Source: Patescibacteria group bacterium (GTDB taxonomy: Bacteria > Patescibacteriota > Patescibacteriia > UBA9570 > JAHJKD01). From it: DNA of 64,000 bases. The DNA lies in NCBI GenBank assembly GCA_018822435.1, contig JAHJKD010000049.1, positions 6,511 through 70,510 on the forward strand. Direction: 5' to 3'. This document shows, piece by piece, positions 49,674 through 57,116 of this stretch (positions are counted from its first letter, which is position 1; every line of letters starts with the position of its first letter). Below the pieces are notes generated by a model. It ran no database searches. It saw nothing but the letters and a program-made list of their open reading frames with translations, and had not been told where the DNA came from. A program made the translations under genes and the position numbers.

Positions 49674-50222
49674 TTAAAGTTGTTGCTTGATTTTTTCGAG
49701 AAGTAAGTCAAATTTTGTATAGCCGGCAGACTCATTGAAGTGGCCGGCATTGGGAATGAAAATTAAATCTACGCCCAGGTCTTTAGCGAGTTCCTCACCT
49801 TTTTTCAAAGGTACATATTGATCATTATCAGAATGAAACACATAAAAATTTGGACAATTCTCTTTAATTTTTTTCCAATTAAAAACTCTTTGCGCGAAAG
49901 TGACCATGCCGTCGTCAAACTGATTACCAGCCACGCCTGTAAATCCAGCCACAAGATAAGCGGCTTTAAAGGGATATCTTTCTGCAACATTTAAAACAAA
50001 AGGGGCGCCCAAGCTATGTCCGATAAAGATCGTGTCTTTATTGATTTTGTCTTTATAATAATCCAATACTTTCATCCATTCATCTAAAGTCTGATTTTCT
50101 GGAGTGGGAAATTGCGGAATAATAACATTACAATCTAACTTTTCCAACTCCTCATTCAACCAGGGAAACCAATTTTCTCCTGGATGACCGCCCACACCAT
50201 GGATTATAAATGCATTTGTCAT
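49674..50222 (-). CDS. RBBP9/YdeN family alpha/beta hydrolase
   Basis: IIHG......NWFPWL, GHSLG, HSDND..VP, GHFN. Confidence 0.92.
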   Translation of the reverse strand: MTNAFIIHGVGGHPGENWFPWLNEELEKLDCNVIIPQFPTPENQTLDEWMKVLDYYKDKINKDTIFIGHSLGAPFVLNVAERYPFKAAYLVAGFTGVAGNQFDDGMVTFAQRVFNWKKIKENCPNFYVFHSDNDQYVPLKKGEELAKDLGVDLIFIPNAGHFNESAGYTKFDLLLEKIKQQL

Positions 50223-50281
50223 AAAATAAAAAAAGATTAATCTGTGTTAATCTTTATAATTAAGGTTAATCATGTTTCTGT

Positions 50282-51562
50282 TTATTTCTTATCCCACCGA
50301 CAATCAGAGCCGCCAGCATAAGAATGCACCCATTTCTCCCCATTGCAGGTGCAAAGTAAATAGTCTTTAGTCATGGCAATAGATCCAGACGTGTCTTTGT
50401 TGCATTCCACTGGTGCTTCTTTTTGCGGGGTCAGTTTCATGAAGCCGTCCACATCAAGGTCGGCCTGCGGTTCAGAAACGCCTACGCCCATGCGGCCGTC
50501 TTTGGTCAACACAAGGGCGTCTTTCATTTCAGAAGTTTCCCAGCCTTGGATGCGGAGGTTCTTGCCGCCAGTATATATCTGCCACTGGGCCAGGTCTTCA
50601 TTATTTTTATTGGTGCCTAATTTAATGCCAGCCTTGCTATCTTCAGGAGCAAATACTTTTATCCAGGTGTTTTGTTTTTTATTTGATAGTTTAATATCAC
50701 CGCCAGCTATATCTAATTTGTCTTGCGGCACGGTTACGCCGAATCCGATATTGCCTTCATTAACAATCATGCCACTTCTTTCCACTCTGATGTCGCCGTC
50801 ACCTTCGGCCTGACATTGGCCATCAATTTTTAAGGCAAAATAGCTTTGATCTTTGCCTGTGACTTTATAGGCTTTATTGCCGGCATCATAAAAAATATCT
50901 CCTTTTTCAATGCCGTTTAAATCAGTATTATTTTCAAATCTAACTTCATTAGGAGTAAGGCATCCAAGCTCCCGAATATCTAAGTCTTTTTTAATAATGC
51001 CTCCACCTTTTATATTAAGGTTAGAAGCCATTTTAACAGATCCATTACCTTGCAATATCATAGCAATATTATCTCCCCTTTTACTACCTGAACCGATGGA
51101 GAACTCATCTTTGTACGACCCCAACCAATAGTCCTGTCCGGATTTGGAATCAAGAATTAATGAAGGATTATTATTATTTACAGTGATGTTTTTATTGAAT
51201 GTATGGTTCCCTGTCCATGTCGGAGAATAACCTTCATTTAAAAAGAATTTATTATTCTTAAGGCTTATGCCTTTGCCGGCAAAGTAAGTAGTGCTTGGCT
51301 TTTTATTTGAGATTTTTGTTTGAGTTGTTGGAGATAAGTTGTTTATTGCTTCATTTACTTCTTGATGAGAAGGATCTGGATTTCCACCAACTGGGACAAC
51401 CGTATTATTAGGGACAAAAGTTCCAGGCATATCTGAAGGAATGATATCATCTTTGATTTCGTTCATTTTATCCGAAACATCAAACATCTCAAAAGCGCCT
51501 GTTTGCAAGGGCAGGATAAATGCAAGTGATAAAATTGTTGAGATGGTTAGAAATTTTTTCAT
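50282..51562 (-). CDS. Secreted fibre/adhesin-like protein
   Basis: Signal peptide, WTG.HTF, two G.(I/M)G.G...P...LD(I/V).G repeats, Cys-rich C....G........C.C.G..W terminus. Confidence 0.65.
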   Translation of the reverse strand: MKKFLTISTILSLAFILPLQTGAFEMFDVSDKMNEIKDDIIPSDMPGTFVPNNTVVPVGGNPDPSHQEVNEAINNLSPTTQTKISNKKPSTTYFAGKGISLKNNKFFLNEGYSPTWTGNHTFNKNITVNNNNPSLILDSKSGQDYWLGSYKDEFSIGSGSKRGDNIAMILQGNGSVKMASNLNIKGGGIIKKDLDIRELGCLTPNEVRFENNTDLNGIEKGDIFYDAGNKAYKVTGKDQSYFALKIDGQCQAEGDGDIRVERSGMIVNEGNIGFGVTVPQDKLDIAGGDIKLSNKKQNTWIKVFAPEDSKAGIKLGTNKNNEDLAQWQIYTGGKNLRIQGWETSEMKDALVLTKDGRMGVGVSEPQADLDVDGFMKLTPQKEAPVECNKDTSGSIAMTKDYLLCTCNGEKWVHSYAGGSDCRWDKK

Positions 51563-51608
51563 AATAGAGCTTTCATATTATAGAATATTTCTCTAAATCA
51601 GGCAATCC

Positions 51609-52901
51609 TTATGGGGATAGCCTGTTAATAAGCCTTGGGAAGGCAATAGTCTCCCGAATATGCTGGGTACCGCACATCCAGCCAGTCAGGCGCTCTAAAC
51701 CGTATCCAAAGCCGGAATGAGGTACAGAGCCATATTTGCGTAAATCCAAATACCATTGAAAAGGTTTGGGATCTAGGTTAAAGTCTTTCATTGATTTTAG
51801 CAGAATGTCATAATCATCTTCTCTTTGTGAGCCGCCAATGATTTCGCCGTATCCCTCCGGAGCAATTAAATCACTGCCCAGAACTAAATCTGGATTATCA
51901 GGCGATTGTTTCATGTAAAAGGCCTTGATTTTTCTGGGCCATAGATCCACAAATAACGGACTGTCCAATCCCTTAGTCAGATTAGTTTCATCGTCCCCGC
52001 CGAAGTCTTCGTCCGGCTTGATGTCACTGCCCATTTTGTTTAATTTCACGACCGCTTCGGCATGGCTCATCCTGGGAAAAGGCGCTTTTATTTTTTCTAA
52101 GGCTTTAGTGTCTCTTTCTAAAATTTCTAAATCAGTTTTATTGTTTTTCAAAACCTGTTCAACAATATATAAAATTAATTTTTCCTGAATTTTCATATTT
52201 TCTTCATGCTCAACAAAAGCAGCTTCGGCATCCATCATCCAGAATTCAGTCAGATGTCTTCTGGTCTTTGACTTCTCTGCCCTGAATGTCGGACCAAAAT
52301 CAAAGCAACGATTGCTGGCCATAGTAGCCGCTTCCAAATATAATTGGCCGGATTGGGACAAATAAGCTTTGTCGTCTTCAAAGTAATCAACTTCAAATAA
52401 AGTTGTCGTTCCTTCACAAGATGTTGGCGTCAGAATAGGAGTATCGACTTTGATGAAATTTTCTTTATTGAGATGCTCATAAGTAGCGTTGATAATAGTG
52501 TTACGCACGCGCATGATGGCGAGCTGTTTTGTGGAACGCAACCAAAGATGACGGTTGTCCAATAGAAAATCAGGTCCGTGGTCTTTTTTTGAAATAGGAT
52601 ATTCTTCGGCGATCTGATAAACATTGATCTCTTTTACCTGCAGTTCATACTCTTCTTTTTTAGGATGCTTGGATACTTCTCCGATAAGTTCGACGGAAGA
52701 CTCCATAGTCAGCTCTCCGGCAATTTTCCAGACCTTGTCGTCAACCTCTTTTTCAGAGACGATCGCCTGCGTATAGCCGTAGCCATCCCGGAATTGCAGG
52801 AAAAACAGCTTGCCTGAAGAACGGATATTATAAATCCAGCCTTTTAGTGATACCTCCTTGCCAATGTGGTCTTTTAAGTCTTTAGTTAGAACAGTTTTCA
52901 T
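51609..52901 (-). CDS. asnS: Asparagine--tRNA ligase
   Basis: RHLWLRS, EG..TLF, LSQSGQLYLE, GPTFRAEKS.T.RHL.EFWM, EIIGGSQRE, PHSGFG.G.ER. Confidence 0.96.
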   Translation of the reverse strand: MKTVLTKDLKDHIGKEVSLKGWIYNIRSSGKLFFLQFRDGYGYTQAIVSEKEVDDKVWKIAGELTMESSVELIGEVSKHPKKEEYELQVKEINVYQIAEEYPISKKDHGPDFLLDNRHLWLRSTKQLAIMRVRNTIINATYEHLNKENFIKVDTPILTPTSCEGTTTLFEVDYFEDDKAYLSQSGQLYLEAATMASNRCFDFGPTFRAEKSKTRRHLTEFWMMDAEAAFVEHEENMKIQEKLILYIVEQVLKNNKTDLEILERDTKALEKIKAPFPRMSHAEAVVKLNKMGSDIKPDEDFGGDDETNLTKGLDSPLFVDLWPRKIKAFYMKQSPDNPDLVLGSDLIAPEGYGEIIGGSQREDDYDILLKSMKDFNLDPKPFQWYLDLRKYGSVPHSGFGYGLERLTGWMCGTQHIRETIAFPRLINRLSP

Positions 52902-52946
52902 AAAAAATATATTTAATTATAAAGTAATTTTACTAAATTTTAACAA

Positions 52947-53747
52947 TTAAAACAAGATTTTTCCCCGGGGAGATCGAGGAAATAATGTTGTTTTCTCTAT
53001 TTCTTTAACACCCCCTAAATAGCGCATTAATCTTTGCAATCCAAGACCAGCGCCGGCACTAGGTGGCAGTTTTCCTGCTTTAGCAATATCCAGATAGATT
53101 TCATAAGGCTTGAGATCCATTTTACGGTCTTTCATCTTCTTCAATATTGTCTTATAATCTGTTTCTCTTTCACCGCCGGAAAGGCCCTCGCCTAACTTAG
53201 GATAATAAAGATCATAGTTGGCGGTTTCCTTATCATAAAACTCCCTTTCAAAACCTTCCAGCCAATATGGTGTTGTTTTTGATTTTTTTCCTCTGGGAAA
53301 TGGAGTTTTGATATCAGGAATAAGTTGCTTAAATAATCCTTCCATTAATTTATAGACGTCTTTTTTCTTTCCCCTATAAATCTCAAAGTCTATTTGGTGG
53401 AATTCTATCAAGTGCCGGTCTTTGGCCTCTTTACTTGGCTCCAGGCGGACGTTCGGGGAAACGCAATAAATTTTCCTAATTTTTCCTTCCATGAGAGCTA
53501 ATTGCTTATGGAAAATCATGCTTTTTGTAATTTCTAGAGCCTGCCCCTCATATTCTACCCTAGCTTCATGAACAGGATGGGCCAAAGGATCAGTCAGGGG
53601 CGATAAAATTACAGGTGGTATTTCTATAAATCCTTTTTTCCGGAAATAACCATGGATAGTAGCCAAAACCTGGGATTGTAATTTTGCTATGCTAATTACT
53701 TGCGGATCAGTCAAGTGACTGATTAATTTTTTTGTTGTAGATTTCAT
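52947..53747 (-). CDS. Archaeal-type asparagine synthetase A (AsnRS/AspRS catalytic-core paralog without anticodon domain)
   Basis: P.ILSP.TDPL, SMIFHKQ, SPNVRLE, RHL.EF.Q.DFE, SGGERE, PSAGAG.G..RL. Confidence 0.85.
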   Translation of the reverse strand: MKSTTKKLISHLTDPQVISIAKLQSQVLATIHGYFRKKGFIEIPPVILSPLTDPLAHPVHEARVEYEGQALEITKSMIFHKQLALMEGKIRKIYCVSPNVRLEPSKEAKDRHLIEFHQIDFEIYRGKKKDVYKLMEGLFKQLIPDIKTPFPRGKKSKTTPYWLEGFEREFYDKETANYDLYYPKLGEGLSGGERETDYKTILKKMKDRKMDLKPYEIYLDIAKAGKLPPSAGAGLGLQRLMRYLGGVKEIEKTTLFPRSPRGKILF

Positions 53748-53779
53748 AGTTTTTAAACTTAAATTATTATTAGAATATT

Positions 53780-53805
53780 AAAAAAACCAGCCCTTTAGGC
53801 TGGTC
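53780..53805 (-). terminator. Attenuator terminator upstream of asparagine synthetase
   Basis: accagcc-taaag-ggctggt hairpin running into a U-tract, about 30 nt before the synthetase ATG. Confidence 0.85.
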
Positions 53806-53828
53806 GTTATAGTTTTGATTAAATTATT

Positions 53829-53906
53829 TTACGGACACGACAAGTAGGCCAGCCTGGGGTGGTTGTTATTATTTTGATTATTATTTTGTCTATATATACT
53901 AGTCAT
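53829..53906 (-). CDS. Asn-rich leader peptide MTSIYRQNNNQNNNNHPRLAYLSCP
   Basis: ATG 53906 to TAA 53829; 7 Asn codons in 8 consecutive positions; contains aggctgg, complementary to the terminator 5' arm. Confidence 0.82.
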   Translation of the reverse strand: MTSIYRQNNNQNNNNHPRLAYLSCP

Positions 53907-53912
53907 ATATAA

Positions 53913-53941
53913 TATTTATCATGCCTTATAAAGCTTGTCAA
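53913..53941 (-). promoter_or_regulatory. Promoter TTGACA-N17-(TGa)TAAATA
   Basis: Exact -35 and imperfect -10; predicted TSS falls at or near the leader ATG. Confidence 0.55.
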
Positions 53942-53949
53942 ATAATCAA

Positions 53950-54438
53950 TTATTTCATTTTCGGCCTAGGTCCTTTGAAAAATTCTTCCCATTGATCAAC
54001 TTCTGCATCATTTAATTCCACATCTTTTTTTGCACCTGGATCATTTTTTAGTTCAACATCTTCCTGAGTGTCTAATATTCTTCTGGCAAATTCTTCAGAA
54101 GGCATGGTCTGCCAACCACGGGCATTAGCTCTTCTTTTAATTTCATGGTCATTAGTGACGACAACATTTGCCTTGCCCCCGCTCATTTTATCCAAAATAT
54201 CCATTATAACCTCGTCAGCACTATGATGATCGCCTAATGTTGCCACTTGGATATAGCGATAATCAGCTGAAATATTTTTATCTGTCCTCCAATCCAAAGC
54301 TACAATTATTTTCTGTCCGGTCATTTGAGCATAGTTATCAACTAGCCTTAAAAATGGTTTAAAATGATCCGGGCCAGATGGCAGGTCAAATCCGATTTTA
54401 TCATTTTTCATTACATTGTGTCCGTCTACTATTATCAT
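53950..54438 (-). CDS. NYN/YacP-like PIN-fold ribonuclease
   Basis: IIVDGHNV, SAD..I, VVTND.EI. Confidence 0.85.
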   Translation of the reverse strand: MIIVDGHNVMKNDKIGFDLPSGPDHFKPFLRLVDNYAQMTGQKIIVALDWRTDKNISADYRYIQVATLGDHHSADEVIMDILDKMSGGKANVVVTNDHEIKRRANARGWQTMPSEEFARRILDTQEDVELKNDPGAKKDVELNDAEVDQWEEFFKGPRPKMK

Positions 54439-54908
54439 TTGAGCGTACTAAAATTACTTCCACTTATTTGGAAAATTCTGTCTGCATCCTCTCTCTTTTC
54501 CGCTCTCATGACTTCTCCCGCAAATAAGGCGTGATCCCCTGTTTTGATCTCTTCTTTGACTTGGCATTCTAAAAAGGCAGATGCTTGTTTGATGACGGGG
54601 CAGTCGATCATGGCTGCTTCCTCGCTTTCCAGGCTGGTTTCTTTGAATTTGTCATATTCTGATCCGGAATGTTTACCAATATAGAGGACTTCTCTTTCAT
54701 AATCCAGGCTCATGAAATTAACTACATAGACGCCGGACTTTTTTATCATTTCATATGAATATCTTGTGAATCCTAAAGCGATACCGTAGATCATGGGCTC
54801 AAATGACAAGGGCATATGCCAGGCAAGGGTGATGATGTTGTCTTTTTCGCCTTGCCTGCAAGTGATAAGCACGACTTGCCTCGGATTGGCGTAATCTGAT
54901 ATGCGCAT
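54435..54908 (-). CDS. Flavin reductase-like FMN-binding protein
   Basis: NIIT.AW..P.S..P, SG...DKF, LEC.V.....GDH.LF.GEV. Confidence 0.9.
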   Translation of the reverse strand: MRISDYANPRQVVLITCRQGEKDNIITLAWHMPLSFEPMIYGIALGFTRYSYEMIKKSGVYVVNFMSLDYEREVLYIGKHSGSEYDKFKETSLESEEAAMIDCPVIKQASAFLECQVKEEIKTGDHALFAGEVMRAEKREDADRIFQISGSNFSTLK

Positions 54909-54913
54909 ATTTA

Positions 54914-56374
54914 TTATTTAATAATTTCATAATTATCAACGCGAAGGCGGCCGAGCACTTCTTTACCTTCTTCAAAATCCATCCATCGAGGCTGGAAGTC
55001 GTAATCTATCTTAACGGGCTTGAATTGTATCTTCTTGACTTGATCGCCTTCCCACCAGACCTTAATGGCAGCCCCTAAAGTTGTTTCATGGGACCAGTCC
55101 TGATCAAAAATCAGATTGCCTAAAGAATAGAAAATATACTTACCATTATATTCTTCCATTCTTTGGACAACATGAGGATGATGGCCGATAACCATGTCCG
55201 CGCCGTGATCGATAGCGGTGTGAGCAAAGCCGGACTGGGAAGATGAGATGTTTTCCGTGTATTCAGAGCCGTTGTGCATACTGACTATAATGACATCAGC
55301 CTGGTCTTTAACGGAATTAATATCAGAAATTAATTTATTAGTGTCTAAATTGCGGTCATAAGCATAGCAGAGAAAGGCGAATTTAGTACCATTTACTTCC
55401 TCAATAGCCCAGGTTTCCAGGCAATAGCCGATGCCATTATTCACGAGATGCTCTTTGGTAAAGGCGATGCCGTCCTGGCCGGCGTTGCCGATGTGGTTGT
55501 TGGCCAGGGAGGCCATATCAATTCCGGCCAGATTCAGGCCGTCCATGAAGCGCGGATCCACGCGGAAAGACATGGCGTTGTCATCAACATAATAAGGCCC
55601 AGACCGGGCAAAGGGAGCTTCTAAATTAATAAAAGCAAGATCGTTTTGTTTTAGCTCATCAGCAATGCGTACAAACGGTTCCGAATAATTGCCCCGGGCT
55701 TCGGAGGCGCGAGCCACATAGCGAGACAGCATAACATCTCCTCCGAATATTGTCGTGACCTGAGGCGGAGGGGCGGAAGGGGTGTTAAAAGAAAGAGCTT
55801 TGGACCAGCGGGATTTGTTCCTTTTATTATATATAGCTTGAATTTTTACAAAATATTTTGTGTCTGGATTTATTCCAGTAAAAGTGAATTCCTCTTTCTT
55901 GATTTTTTTCTTGGCAACTAAATTTCTATCCTGATCTAAAAGACGGATATAAAATTTTACGCCCTGGTCTCTTTTTAAATCCCAGGCCAGGCTGACAGAA
56001 TCATTAGTCAGGCCGGTAAAAGAAATGTCACGGACTTTTTTAGGAACTGTACGAAACCTTTGGCCGTCTGACCATTCTCCTGTCTCTTCACTAACATCTT
56101 TTACTCTAAAAAAATATGACTGATTAGATTTAATATGATTTTTCTTTACCAGCTTCTCACTAACATCTGAATAAAAAGTTTTTAATCTCTCGCCGACTTT
56201 AGTAAATAATTGAATTTTAAAATAAGTGTCATCGGCGCCGTCCCAACTTAAAAGGACCCTTCTTGGGCCCTTGTCTTCGGAACTTAAATTTTGAGGACGA
56301 GTGACATTGAAAGCAATGATTGGAATAGTAATAACAACAATGGCAACGATAATTACAGGTATAGTCTTTTTCAT
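54914..56374 (-). CDS. CapA/PgsA-family metallophosphoesterase with N-terminal FN3 domains
   Basis: GDVML.R, NLE.P, SLANNH, H.G.EY, GHHPHV.Q, YSLGN..FDQ. Confidence 0.9.
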   Translation of the reverse strand: MKKTIPVIIVAIVVITIPIIAFNVTRPQNLSSEDKGPRRVLLSWDGADDTYFKIQLFTKVGERLKTFYSDVSEKLVKKNHIKSNQSYFFRVKDVSEETGEWSDGQRFRTVPKKVRDISFTGLTNDSVSLAWDLKRDQGVKFYIRLLDQDRNLVAKKKIKKEEFTFTGINPDTKYFVKIQAIYNKRNKSRWSKALSFNTPSAPPPQVTTIFGGDVMLSRYVARASEARGNYSEPFVRIADELKQNDLAFINLEAPFARSGPYYVDDNAMSFRVDPRFMDGLNLAGIDMASLANNHIGNAGQDGIAFTKEHLVNNGIGYCLETWAIEEVNGTKFAFLCYAYDRNLDTNKLISDINSVKDQADVIIVSMHNGSEYTENISSSQSGFAHTAIDHGADMVIGHHPHVVQRMEEYNGKYIFYSLGNLIFDQDWSHETTLGAAIKVWWEGDQVKKIQFKPVKIDYDFQPRWMDFEEGKEVLGRLRVDNYEIIK

Positions 56375-56379
56375 AAAAT

Positions 56380-57105
56380 TTATTTTTCTACTTCTCTTTG
56401 TTCCAGCATTTTAACAGCCCGTTCCATGGCTACGTTTTGGTCCTTAGATTCTTCAAATTGTTGTGCCTTTTTTTTCTCTTCTAATAATTCCAATAAATCT
56501 TTTCGGGCTTCTTCAGTCAGGAAAGCAATCCTGCCCTCTTCTAAGGCCACTTTGATGGCATCCAGGCGAATATGCATGTCTAGGGCGACTTTAAAGGCTT
56601 CATAGAGCTGCTGGGTGGCCATGCTTTCGTCGTATTTTGGTTCAATCTGTCTGACATTGTCGATCATCTCTCGCACTAAGCCATCGATTTCATCAAAGTG
56701 TCCGGCCAGGATCTTGCCCGGGATTATATGGTCGCGGTATTCGGTGTGGAATTCATCCGGAAATTGATAAGTTGGAAATTCAGTCCGGATCTCCTCGTGG
56801 AAAATATCAGTAATAAAATTTACTATTTCTGGTGAACAAGTTTCAGCGGCGTCTAAATATAAACCGAATTGAGCCTTGAAATATGGGGATTTAAAATGTT
56901 CAACTGACTGGGAAAGAAGCGTGAGGATCAGGCCCCGATCAGAAATTTCATTTTCAATGTTTGTATAATCAAGAATGGATTGAGCTAATTCTTCAATATT
57001 AGTAATTTCTTTTTGGTTAGCTACCTCTTCCTGAAGCTTGGCATGATAATGGTCGACTTCTTCTTGCAGGTCTGTTTTCTTTTGGTCTAATATTATTAAA
57101 TCCAT
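56380..57105 (-). CDS. Hypothetical helical protein
   Basis: 241-aa ORF in operon. Confidence 0.7.
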   Translation of the reverse strand: MDLIILDQKKTDLQEEVDHYHAKLQEEVANQKEITNIEELAQSILDYTNIENEISDRGLILTLLSQSVEHFKSPYFKAQFGLYLDAAETCSPEIVNFITDIFHEEIRTEFPTYQFPDEFHTEYRDHIIPGKILAGHFDEIDGLVREMIDNVRQIEPKYDESMATQQLYEAFKVALDMHIRLDAIKVALEEGRIAFLTEEARKDLLELLEEKKKAQQFEESKDQNVAMERAVKMLEQREVEK

Positions 57106-57116
57106 ATTTTTTAAAT

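Noticed and set aside
52947-53747. EF-P lysyltransferase EpmA as partner for the KamA gene
   Set aside because: The motifs (SP.TDPL, SMIFHKQ, SPNVRLE) and the Asn leader fit archaeal-type asparagine synthetase, not EpmA.
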